NCBI RefSeq assembly: GCF_047241225.1
Contig: NZ_JBKTIE010000001.1
Coordinates: 173,172-237,171 of the forward strand
Direction: 5' to 3'
DNA length: 64,000 nucleotides
From: Veillonella parvula
Lineage (GTDB): Bacteria; Bacillota; Negativicutes; Veillonellales; Veillonellaceae
How positions within the stretch are numbered: the first letter of the stretch is position 1; every line of letters starts with the position of its first letter. The notes beneath the pieces were generated by a model. The model was not told the DNA's origin. It saw only the letters and a program-made list of their open reading frames with translations, and made no database searches. Both the position numbers and the translations under genes were made by a program. Shown here piece by piece: positions 1 to 8,603 of this stretch.

Positions 1-1
1 T

Positions 2-760
2 GAAGGTCGATTGATGGATCTTTTAGGTCATGGACCTACGTCGCAACAAATTAAAGTAACACGTCATCGCGATAGTACACCTATCTTTAAGGCAAACCAC
101 ATTGAACCGCAATTAGAAGATCTTATCTCTCGCGATATTAATCTTCCTTCTGGTGGTTCAATCCGTATCGATCATACTGAAGCTCTTACCGTGTTTGATG
201 TAAACTCTGCTCACTATACTGGTAAGTCTAATAAGCTGGAAGATTTAGCTTTCACAGTCAATAAAGAGGCGGCGAAAGAAATCTGTCGTCAATTGCGTTT
301 GCGCGATATTGGCGGTATCATTGTGGTCGATTTCATCGATATGAAAGATAAAGAGCATCAACAAGAATTGTTAAAATTGTTGGGGGTACAAGCTAAGTTA
401 GATAAAATGAAAACTGTTGTATGCGGCATTAGTTCGCTTGGCCTCGTAGAGATGACCAGAAAGCGAGCTCGCCAAGGCTTGCAAACCTTGATGTTTGATA
501 CATGCCCTCAATGCGGTGGTACGGGCTATATGTTGTCAGGTCGTACTGTGTATATGCAGATCGTGCGTCGTATCCGCGAGTTATTTAAGTCGGGACGTAT
601 TAAAACGAATCTAGAAATCGAAGTTCATCCGGAGGTGGCTCAGTATTTAACAAAGGCTATTCTCGAGGATTTAGGTGAGTCTATAGGGCGCAAGATTTCT
701 ATTGTAGTAAATCCACAAATTAGTCGAGAAGGGTATTCCTTGATGGCTATAACTGAATAA
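2..760 (+). CDS. rng: Ribonuclease G/E family (Rne/Rng), C-terminal part; gene starts before the window
   Basis: LPSGGSIRIDHTEALTVFDVNS, QLRLRDIGGIIVVDFIDM, SSLGLVEMTRKR and the CPQCGGTG zinc link; the frame is open from base 2; usual position upstream of rplU. Confidence 0.93.
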   Translation, partial: EGRLMDLLGHGPTSQQIKVTRHRDSTPIFKANHIEPQLEDLISRDINLPSGGSIRIDHTEALTVFDVNSAHYTGKSNKLEDLAFTVNKEAAKEICRQLRLRDIGGIIVVDFIDMKDKEHQQELLKLLGVQAKLDKMKTVVCGISSLGLVEMTRKRARQGLQTLMFDTCPQCGGTGYMLSGRTVYMQIVRRIRELFKSGRIKTNLEIEVHPEVAQYLTKAILEDLGESIGRKISIVVNPQISREGYSLMAITE

Positions 761-779
761 GTAAGTAGTTTGTTTATAG

Positions 780-1364
780 GTGAGTATAGTGTCTGTATTT
801 GAAATTATATTAATTAGTATAGGCCTAGCGATGGATGCCTTTGGTGTATCTATCGGTAAGGGGCTAACAATGCCCGTAGGCGAGAATGGCCGTAAGGTAA
901 CCTTGGCATTTCTTTTTGGTTTGTTCCAGTTTCTTATGCCTCTTATTGGTTGGCTCATCGGTCGTCAATTTATCGATGTGATTGCTGATTGGGACCACTA
1001 GATTATCTTCGGACTTCTTGGTTATTTAGGTATCGCTATGATCAGAGAGGGACTTAGCGATGATGATGAAGAGGACGATGATAAGCAATTCTTGGGTGTC
1101 TGGGAAATGATGATGCTCTCCGTAGCGACTAGCCTTGATGCAATGACTGTAGGGTTGACCTTTGCATTTTTACCTATCAATGTATGGGAAGCATCTACGA
1201 TGATTGGTGTTATTACCTTTGGTATATCTTTAGTGGGTGTTTACTTAGGTAAATTTATGGGCCGATTTGTTGGAAAATATGCAGATATAGTAGGTGGCGG
1301 TGTATTGATTCTCATCGGTACAAAGATACTTTTACAACATCTTGGGATTATTGGGGAATTTTAA
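780..1364 (+). pseudogene. mntP: Manganese efflux pump MntP interrupted by an in-frame TAG at 999-1001
   Basis: Two same-frame ORFs (780-1001, 1038-1364) with MntP motifs LAMDAFGVS, FQFLMPLIG and ATSLDAMTVG; DWDH*IIFGLL places the stop at the Trp of the DHW motif (TGG>TAG). Could be a sequencing error. Confidence 0.85.
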
Positions 1365-1416
1365 GGTATATATATATGAAAGTGTCAGAAACTGAGCGGA
1401 TTCTGTTGATTTTTGT

Positions 1417-1445
1417 TTGACATGACTGTGTAAATAGGATATACT
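1417..1445 (+). promoter_or_regulatory. sigma-A promoter of rplU-prp-rpmA
   Basis: TTGACA (1417-1422), 17 bp, TATACT (1440-1445). Confidence 0.75.
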
Positions 1446-1452
1446 ATATCAG

Positions 1453-1550
1453 TATTAGTTCGGTTTACTGAACTTTGCAATCCGCGTGAAACAGGTTTAA
1501 ACGCCCGACCGAAGTTCGGGTTGGGATACCGAATTCAGCGAGTTCGATAA
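1453..1550 (+). ncRNA. L21 ribosomal protein leader (cis-regulatory RNA)
   Basis: Structured ~110-nt 5' UTR of rplU with CCGC..ACAGGT..ACC..GCGAGT elements resembling Firmicute L21 leaders; recognised by eye. Confidence 0.6.
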
Positions 1551-1565
1551 CAAGGAGGTGTTCTT

Positions 1566-1877
1566 ATGTACGCAATTATTAAAACTGGTGGTAAACAATA
1601 TCGCGTTGCTGAAGGCGATGTAATTACTATCGAAAAATTGGAAGTAGCTGCTAACGAGTCCGTTACATTCGAAGAAGTTTTGACTGTAGTGAATGACGGC
1701 GACGTTAAAGTTGGCGCTCCTCTTGTAAACGGTGCAAAAGTTACAGGTACAGTTCTTGAGCATGGTAAAGGTAAAAAGATCTTAGTATTCAAATACAAAG
1801 CTAAATCCAACTACCGACGTCGTCAAGGCCATCGTCAACCGTTCACAAAAGTTCGTATTGAATCTATCCAAGCTTAA
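1566..1877 (+). CDS. rplU: 50S ribosomal protein L21
   Basis: [14 protein letters not shown]...[21 protein letters not shown]. Confidence 0.99.
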   Translation: MYAIIKTGGKQYRVAEGDVITIEKLEVAANESVTFEEVLTVVNDGDVKVGAPLVNGAKVTGTVLEHGKGKKILVFKYKAKSNYRRRQGHRQPFTKVRIESIQA

Positions 1878-1879
1878 TT

Positions 1880-2194
1880 ATGGTTTCCATCGGAATCCAG
1901 CGGAATAGTGATGGTCAAGTTATTGGTTGTCATATGTCCGGTCATGCAGGATATGATGAACATGGCTTCGATATCGTATGTGCTGCAGTGTCTGCCTTAT
2001 CGGCAACGGCGATGTTAGGCCTCACCCAAATTGCTCAACAAGAAGGTGAGTATACGAATAGCGAAGGTCAATGTGATATAGTTCTCTCTGGTACGATTAA
2101 TCAGAGTGGACAGGATATTCTGGGGACTATGCTTCTCGGTTTGGAGGAAATTAGCCGTCAATATCCAGAGTTTGTCCAAATTCACGAAATATAG
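1880..2194 (+). CDS. prp: Ribosomal-processing cysteine protease Prp (YsxB)
   Basis: SGHAGY..G.DIVCAAVS motif; lies between rplU and rpmA. Confidence 0.95.
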   Translation: MVSIGIQRNSDGQVIGCHMSGHAGYDEHGFDIVCAAVSALSATAMLGLTQIAQQEGEYTNSEGQCDIVLSGTINQSGQDILGTMLLGLEEISRQYPEFVQIHEI

Positions 2195-2206
2195 GAGGTG
2201 AACTTA

Positions 2207-2491
2207 ATGTTTACTTTTGATTTGCAATTGTTCGCACATAAAAAAGGTGTGTCCAGTACTCGTAACGGTCGTGATAGTGAATCTAAACGTCTTGGTGTTA
2301 AATGCCATGATGGTTCCATCGTAAAGAGCGGTAACATCATCGTTCGTCAACGTGGTACTCACTTCCACCCTGGTACTAACGTAGGTATCGGTAAAGATGA
2401 CACTTTATTCGCACTTGTGCCTGGTAAAGTAGCATTTGAACGTGCTGGTCGTTATAACCGTAAAGTTAGCGTATACCCTGTAGAAGCTTAA
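2207..2491 (+). CDS. rpmA: 50S ribosomal protein L27 with Prp-cleaved N-terminal extension
   Basis: [27 protein letters not shown] 2207 follows SD AGGAGGTG. Confidence 0.98.
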   Translation: MFTFDLQLFAHKKGVSSTRNGRDSESKRLGVKCHDGSIVKSGNIIVRQRGTHFHPGTNVGIGKDDTLFALVPGKVAFERAGRYNRKVSVYPVEA

Positions 2492-2506
2492 TTTTACATG
2501 ACTATT

Positions 2507-2537
2507 AATCCCTAGTGGTTTCCACTAGGGATTTTTT
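2507..2537 (+). terminator. Rho-independent terminator after rpmA
   Basis: AATCCCTAGTGG / CCACTAGGGATT stem followed by a T-run. Confidence 0.85.
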
Positions 2538-2645
2538 GTTGCTTATTTTTGTTTATTATGGTGTAAGTTGTATTGGTATAATATAATATAGCTTAAAGTG
2601 ATTATTAAATATATCATAGAGTCTTGAAATATGATCGGAGGCATT

Positions 2646-3302
2646 ATGGCACTATTAGAGTTATCTAATATATCCTATGTTGTAAAAGAAAAGTCTATTA
2701 TCCGTGATGTGTCTCTATCTGTACATGACGGAGAGTATCTCACTATTGTAGGCCCTTCTGGTAGTGGTAAAAGTACACTTTTAAAATTATGCAGTGATTT
2801 AATTAGCCCTACCTCAGGGGTTATTACTTATAATGGACGTGATTTAGCCACTATAGATCCAGAAAGTTATCGTAAAGAGGTTGGCTATTGCTTTCAAAGA
2901 CCTTACTTATTTGCAAAAACCGTACGTCGTAATATTTTGTTCCCTTATGATATTCGAGGGATGGAACCTGATATGATTCGTATCAAATATCTTTTCGATT
3001 TACTTCATATGCCTATTGAATATCTTGAACGCCGTAATGATGAATTATCTGGTGGAGAAATGCAACGGATTTGTCTCATTCGAAGCCTTATCTTTGAACC
3101 TAAAGTATTGCTTTTAGATGAGGTAACCTCTGCATTAGACGCTGTCAACACAGCTATTGTAGAACAGGTAATCGATGAGCTCCATAAAAATGGAATGACC
3201 ATCATAGCAATTACACATAGTGAGGAACAAAGCTTACGTAAGGCTAATCGCCGCATTACAATTGTAGATGGATCATTAGCTAAAGAGGAGGTATTACGGT
3301 GA
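2646..3302 (+). CDS. fetA: ABC ATPase, FetA/YbbL-like (putative iron export)
   Basis: Walker A GPSGSGKS, LSGGE signature, LLLDEVTSALD; paired with a YbbM-type permease. Confidence 0.8.
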   Translation: MALLELSNISYVVKEKSIIRDVSLSVHDGEYLTIVGPSGSGKSTLLKLCSDLISPTSGVITYNGRDLATIDPESYRKEVGYCFQRPYLFAKTVRRNILFPYDIRGMEPDMIRIKYLFDLLHMPIEYLERRNDELSGGEMQRICLIRSLIFEPKVLLLDEVTSALDAVNTAIVEQVIDELHKNGMTIIAITHSEEQSLRKANRRITIVDGSLAKEEVLR

Positions 3303-4063
3303 GTCAATTTCATGCTATTTCAGCCATGTCATTATGCCTTGCATCTATATTAGTTATTATAAGTATGTTTATGTCCTATCGGCAGGAGTTGAAGTTAGAG
3401 AAAGATATTTTTATAAGTGCTTTGCGGGCTACCATCCAATTATTTGTTATAGGTTTTATTTTAGCTTATATTTTTAGTACTGAAAGTCCTATATTTATAA
3501 TTGGTTTATTAGGATTTATGGCTATTAATGCAGCTTATAATTCTTCTAAACGTGGCAAGGGAATACCATATGCATTGTGTATTTCTTGGTTTGCCATAAC
3601 CGTAGGTGCAAGCATTACATTATCGATTTTGCTTCTAACAGGTGTGCTTAACTTTACTGCTTATCAGGTGATTCCTGTTGGAGGGATGGTTATTAGTGGA
3701 GCTATGGTGGCAATTGGCCTTTGTTATCGACAAATGCTATCAAACTTTGAGTTACGCCAACAAGAGGTGGAAATTAAACTAGCGTTAGGAAGTACACCTA
3801 AGCAAGCGTCAAAAGCCATCGTGCGAGATGTTATAAAGACTGGATTGCAACCTACTGTAGATAGCGCTAAGACTTTAGGAATCGTGGCTTTACCAGGAAT
3901 GATGACAGGTCTTATCTTAGCGGGGATGCCTCCACTTGAAGCTGTAAAATATCAAATGATTGTGACATTTATGAGTTTATCTACCATATCGATTGCTTGC
4001 TTTATTACTTGTCAATTAGCGTATAGAACATTTTTTAATAATAGGAATCAATTAAATAGGTAA
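3299..4063 (+). CDS. fetB: ABC permease FetB/YbbM (UPF0014)
   Basis: LRATIQL, IPVGGM and GIVALPGMMTGLILAG..P..AVKYQ family motifs. Confidence 0.88.
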   Translation: MSQFHAISAMSLCLASILVIISMFMSYRQELKLEKDIFISALRATIQLFVIGFILAYIFSTESPIFIIGLLGFMAINAAYNSSKRGKGIPYALCISWFAITVGASITLSILLLTGVLNFTAYQVIPVGGMVISGAMVAIGLCYRQMLSNFELRQQEVEIKLALGSTPKQASKAIVRDVIKTGLQPTVDSAKTLGIVALPGMMTGLILAGMPPLEAVKYQMIVTFMSLSTISIACFITCQLAYRTFFNNRNQLNR

Positions 4064-4121
4064 ATTTAGTGCTTTAAATATATTTTATTGTACATCAAAT
4101 CAGAATATTTACTCATAACTT

Positions 4122-4155
4122 AGAGTAGTAGCCTTAAGGTTACTGCTCTTTTTTT
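4122..4155 (+). terminator. Terminator after fetB
   Basis: AGAGTAGTAGCC-TTAA-GGTTACTGCTCT followed by a T-run. Confidence 0.8.
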
Positions 4156-4266
4156 ATAGAAATAATGTTTATATATGATTATAGGAATAAAAATTGTTGG
4201 ATATAATTCTGTATAGTTATAAAGGTTTACTTATTTTGTTTTTAACATTGCATCATTGCTATAAAT

Positions 4267-4313
4267 GATACTGAGATTTATTATTGAAATAGATAGAGCA
4301 TTGTTGATATAAT
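4267..4313 (+). promoter_or_regulatory. Fur box overlapping the sigma-A promoter of the iron ABC operon
   Basis: GATACTGAGATTTATTATT (4267-4285) matches 14/19 of GATAATGATAATCATTATC and overlaps TTGAAA (4284-4289); TG-A-TATAAT ends at 4313. Confidence 0.55.
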
Positions 4314-4356
4314 GTATCAGTAAATTCTATAGTATTTCGTATTGTAAGGAGTTCTT

Positions 4357-5379
4357 ATGAGCAATTATGACTTAGAAACAAGGGGAGGGCGCGCAGCTAA
4401 AACTACGCTACTAGGTATACTGGCTTTAGCTATTTTAATTGCCACATCTCTTGGTTCACTCTTTATTGGGATACGCTATATCAGCCTAGATGATATTACT
4501 TTATCCTTTACTAACTATGATCCTAATAGTATAGGTCAGATGATCGTTCAAACATTGCGCTTGCCACGTATGATAGCAGGTATCGTTGTAGGTATCAGCT
4601 TTGCCGTATCAGGTGCACTGATGCAAGGTGTTACCAACAATCCTATGGCAAGTCCTTCTATTTTGGGGATTAACGCAGGTGCCAGTTTTGGTTTAGCTGT
4701 TGGGATGATTTTATTTCCTTATTTAACCTTAAATGGAAGTATTTTGTTTTCCTTCGGTGGGGCCGCATTGGCAACAATGTTCATTTTAGCTCTTGCTAAA
4801 CGCGTAGGTGGTAAAGCTACTCCTGTATATCTTGCACTTGCAGGTACGGCTATTAGTGCAGTATTTGTGGCTGTTACACATATGCTTGTTGTGTACTTCC
4901 AAGTGGCACAAGAGTTAAGTTTTTGGACTGCAGGCGGCATTAGTGGTATTCGCATGGAACAAGTATTACTCGTATTACCTTGGACACTCATTGGTATTCT
5001 TATTGCCATGTACGTATCTAAATCTGTTACGCTCTTAAGCTTTGGCGAAGAGGTGGCGATTGGTCTTGGTAGTAATTTAAATCGTGTACGTGTATTATCT
5101 GGTTTGACTGTACTTATTCTTAGCGGTTCTGCTGTTGCTCTAGCCGGTCCGATCGGCTTTGTAGGTCTCGTTATTCCACATATAACACGTAAACTGGTAG
5201 GCATCGATTATCGTCTTGTAATTCCATTCTCTGCACTCTTTGGTGCAGTACTTGTTATGATTGCTGACGTTGTAGCTCGTATCGTAAATCCTCCATTCGA
5301 AACACCATTAGGTGCCATTACTGCCCTTGTCGGTGTTCCATTCTTTATTTATTTAGCAAATCGTAAGGGAGGAAAATAA
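4357..5379 (+). CDS. Iron-siderophore ABC permease (FecCD/FhuB family)
   Basis: LRLPR, GALMQGVTNNPMASPSILGINAGA, GPIGFVGLVIPH. Confidence 0.92.
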   Translation: MSNYDLETRGGRAAKTTLLGILALAILIATSLGSLFIGIRYISLDDITLSFTNYDPNSIGQMIVQTLRLPRMIAGIVVGISFAVSGALMQGVTNNPMASPSILGINAGASFGLAVGMILFPYLTLNGSILFSFGGAALATMFILALAKRVGGKATPVYLALAGTAISAVFVAVTHMLVVYFQVAQELSFWTAGGISGIRMEQVLLVLPWTLIGILIAMYVSKSVTLLSFGEEVAIGLGSNLNRVRVLSGLTVLILSGSAVALAGPIGFVGLVIPHITRKLVGIDYRLVIPFSALFGAVLVMIADVVARIVNPPFETPLGAITALVGVPFFIYLANRKGGK

Positions 5380-5380
5380 G

Positions 5381-6379
5381 ATGAAAAAACGCTTTTTTGC
5401 CTACTCTTTCGTTATGACGCTCATGTTGTTAGGTGCCATGTATGGACATCTTCATACAGGCTTTAGTGATATGTCTACATCTGATCTTATTCGTATTCTC
5501 TTTGGCGGTGGTAATGATGTAGAAAAACTCACAGTTTTTGATTTCCGTTTAGTTCGCACCATCTTGGCTGTATTTATTGGTATGGGCCTTGCTATGTCTG
5601 GTGCAATTTTTCAAACTATATCTCGAAATGAATTGGCTAGTCCAAGCTTGTTAGGTGTAAATGCTGGTGCTGGTTTAGGTGTAGTTCTTTTAGTATATTT
5701 TGCAGGCTCTACAACGGCGTGGGGAATTTGGACATTACCTACTGTTGCCGTAGCTGGGGCTGTTGTGGCAGCGATTTTAATTTATCTTCTATCTTGTCGC
5801 GGTAGAGATATTATTTCGCCATATCGTTTAATCTTAACAGGTATCTCTATGAGTGCAGGATTCCATGCATTGCAAGTCTTACTCGTAACGCGTTTGGACC
5901 CTAATAAATTTTATTTAGTTAATACTTGGACCATCGGCACTATTTCGGGTAATACCTGGGAGCATGTATGGGTGCTTGCACCAATTGTCATTGTATTATC
6001 ACTCATTCTTTATGCCCGTTATATGGAGTTAAATTTATTGAGCCTAGCTGATGAAACGGCGATTGGGCTTGGTGTACATATAAATCGCTCTAGATTTGTA
6101 TACCTTATTATTGCAGTTCTTTTATCTGGGTTCTGTGTAGCTATCGGCGGCAGCATTGGTTTTGTAGGGCTTATTTCCCCGCATATTGCACGTCGCTTAG
6201 TCGGTGCCGATCATGCCTATTTCTTGCCATTAACAGGTCTAATTGGAGCTATTTTAGTGGTCACTGCCGACTGGATTGGCCGATCCATTATTGCGCCTGA
6301 TGAAATCCTCTTAGGGATTATTGTAGCTTTAATCGGGGCACCATACTTCTTGTATATTCTAGCGAAAACAAAAGCGTAA
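5381..6379 (+). CDS. Iron-siderophore ABC permease (FecCD/FhuG family)
   Basis: GAIFQTISRNELASPSLLGVNAGA, GSIGFVGLISPHIAR, GAPYF. Confidence 0.92.
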   Translation: MKKRFFAYSFVMTLMLLGAMYGHLHTGFSDMSTSDLIRILFGGGNDVEKLTVFDFRLVRTILAVFIGMGLAMSGAIFQTISRNELASPSLLGVNAGAGLGVVLLVYFAGSTTAWGIWTLPTVAVAGAVVAAILIYLLSCRGRDIISPYRLILTGISMSAGFHALQVLLVTRLDPNKFYLVNTWTIGTISGNTWEHVWVLAPIVIVLSLILYARYMELNLLSLADETAIGLGVHINRSRFVYLIIAVLLSGFCVAIGGSIGFVGLISPHIARRLVGADHAYFLPLTGLIGAILVVTADWIGRSIIAPDEILLGIIVALIGAPYFLYILAKTKA

Positions 6380-6393
6380 AAGGGGAAATATAA

Positions 6394-7203
6394 ATGAAAT
6401 TAGAAATTAAAAACCTAACTACTGGTTACGGTGATACAAAAATTATAGAGAACTTAAATCTTACGATTCCAGAAGGCAAGGTAACAGCATTAATTGGTGC
6501 TAATGGTTGTGGTAAATCTACTTTACTAAAAACTATTTGTCGTATTATTCGACCAATGGATGGCGATGTCTTACTAGATGGTAAATCTATCGGTTCTTAT
6601 GGTAGTAGAGAACTAGCAAAAAAGGTTGCTATTTTGCCTCAAAATCCAACGGCACCTGGTGAAATTACAGTTCGTGAACTTGTTATGTACGGTCGTGCAC
6701 CGCATCAAGGCAGCTTATTTGCCCGTACTACAAAAGAGGATAAAGAAATTGTAGAGTGGGCTTTGAAGGAGACTGAATTACTTCAGTTTGCAGATCGTGG
6801 CATTACAAATATGTCTGGGGGGCAACGGCAACGCGCATGGATTGCCATGGCTATCGCTCAAAATACAGACATTCTATTCCTCGATGAGCCTACTAGCTTC
6901 CTTGATGTATCTCACCAAATGGATGTATTACATCTTGTGGAACATTTGAATAAAACGTACAATAAGACAATTATCATGGTTATTCATGAACTTAATGAAG
7001 CAGCTCGTTTTGCCGATAATTTAGTTGCCATGAAGGATGGAAAAATTCAATACGAAGGTACGCCTCATACTATCTTCCATAATGAAATGTTGAAGGTTGT
7101 ATTTGGTGTAGATTCTACAATCATGAATGACCCTAAGACAGATCGTCCGTTCTGTATTCCTTATTCTATGAAAAATTATGGCCATACGGCACGTGAGGTG
7201 TAG
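6394..7203 (+). CDS. Iron-siderophore ABC ATPase (FhuC/FecE family)
   Basis: GANGCGKS, MSGGQRQRAWIAMA, LDEPTSFLD. Confidence 0.93.
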   Translation: MKLEIKNLTTGYGDTKIIENLNLTIPEGKVTALIGANGCGKSTLLKTICRIIRPMDGDVLLDGKSIGSYGSRELAKKVAILPQNPTAPGEITVRELVMYGRAPHQGSLFARTTKEDKEIVEWALKETELLQFADRGITNMSGGQRQRAWIAMAIAQNTDILFLDEPTSFLDVSHQMDVLHLVEHLNKTYNKTIIMVIHELNEAARFADNLVAMKDGKIQYEGTPHTIFHNEMLKVVFGVDSTIMNDPKTDRPFCIPYSMKNYGHTAREV

Positions 7204-7204
7204 T

Positions 7205-8293
7205 ATGAAGCGTTTGTTAATTTCTGGTCTTTTGGGGGCTTGTATGCTCATGGGAATTGCAGGATGTGGTCCACAGGAAAATGGTATGACTCATGAAGCC
7301 ATCTATGCTAATCTTGATGATAAGGTAAAAACAGCCCTTGAACGGTCAAATGATCCGAAAGACATTGATAAAGAGTTTAAGAAGCGATTAACGGCTATCC
7401 AAAAGGCAGCAGATAAAATTGTTACTGTTGAAGGAGATAAGATTATTGTCACTCATAAGCTCGGGACAACAGTTATGCCTAAAGAACATAAACGTATCGT
7501 GGTTGTTCGGACAGAAGATCCTATGATTGCATTAGATGAATCTTTTATAGGGGCAAATTTTAATGAAAAAAGCTATCTTTATAATGAATTAAGTAATCGT
7601 AATGTTCAAAATTTTAGTATTAATGATGAAACAAAGACTATCAACTATGAGCAGATTCAGGCTTTAAAACCGGATTTGATTATTATGCGTGACTCTTATG
7701 GTAAAGCGGCATATAATGCACTTTCTAAAATTGCTCCAACCATTTCTGTCAACGTAAATAAGGAAGAAGTTGCACTACTAACTATTGCTAAAGCACTTGG
7801 GGTCCCTGAAAAAGGGGAAGCTCGTTTGAAAGAATATTATTCACAGGCTAAGAAAACACGGATAGCTTTAGCTGAACATATGCAAGGGGAAACCGTAGCT
7901 TTTCTAAGAATTTTAAATAAAGAAATACGATTGTATCCGTATATGAAAAGCGATTTGAATGTCTTTATGGCTGAATTACTTAATATTAAACCGCCTGATA
8001 TGGTATTAGAAACAGAACTTAACCCTACGAACAATGCGATTTCTTTAGAGCGATTACCCGATCTTGATGCAGGCTATTTAATCGTTTCTGCTGGTTACGG
8101 TGCTTCTAGTGCTAATAATCAAGGTGTAGCAGACCAACGATTGGCAAATCTTAAAAAAGATGAGTTGTGGAAAAATTTGCCTGCTGTAAAAGCCGATCAT
8201 GTATTGCAAGTGGATAGTACTTTGTGGATGGCCCATGGTATTATTGCGAAAGAACGTGCTATGAAAGAGCTGTATGATACATGGGGAGAATAG
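7205..8293 (+). CDS. Iron-siderophore-binding lipoprotein (FhuD/FeuA family)
   Basis: Signal MKRLLISGLLGACMLMGIAGC with lipobox; INYEQIQALKPDLII, LSKIAPT, LWKNLPAVK. Confidence 0.88.
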   Translation: MKRLLISGLLGACMLMGIAGCGPQENGMTHEAIYANLDDKVKTALERSNDPKDIDKEFKKRLTAIQKAADKIVTVEGDKIIVTHKLGTTVMPKEHKRIVVVRTEDPMIALDESFIGANFNEKSYLYNELSNRNVQNFSINDETKTINYEQIQALKPDLIIMRDSYGKAAYNALSKIAPTISVNVNKEEVALLTIAKALGVPEKGEARLKEYYSQAKKTRIALAEHMQGETVAFLRILNKEIRLYPYMKSDLNVFMAELLNIKPPDMVLETELNPTNNAISLERLPDLDAGYLIVSAGYGASSANNQGVADQRLANLKKDELWKNLPAVKADHVLQVDSTLWMAHGIIAKERAMKELYDTWGE

Positions 8294-8421
8294 GACTAAA
8301 TACATTTGTAATATATAGTTAGTACTATTATGTAAGGGTTTATCTCGTGTAAAAATACATACATACATTTTAGTCATGTTCGATATAGATAATCGATATA
8401 GATTAGAAACTCCCATGATAT

Positions 8422-8457
8422 AAAGGTTGCTTCCTCTTATGAGGTGGCAACCTTTTT
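8422..8457 (+). terminator. Terminator of the iron ABC operon
   Basis: AAAGGTTGC..CCTC / GAGG..GCAACCTTT stem followed by a T-run. Confidence 0.75.
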
Positions 8458-8603
8458 GCATGTATCAAATTCCTGTGCTTTTTAGTAGGAATAGTGGTAT
8501 ACTATGTACAGTATCAGTGAAATACCAGAAGACTGGTTGTCATATACTTTCATAAACCTAAAGAGGGGTGGCATTGCCACTAGAAAGATTTGAGGTAAGT
8601 ACT

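Noticed and set aside
999..1001. Amber recoding or pyrrolysine in mntP
   Set aside because: TAG is used as a normal stop by prp, fetB, recJ and others; there are no pyl genes; the position is a conserved Trp one transition away.
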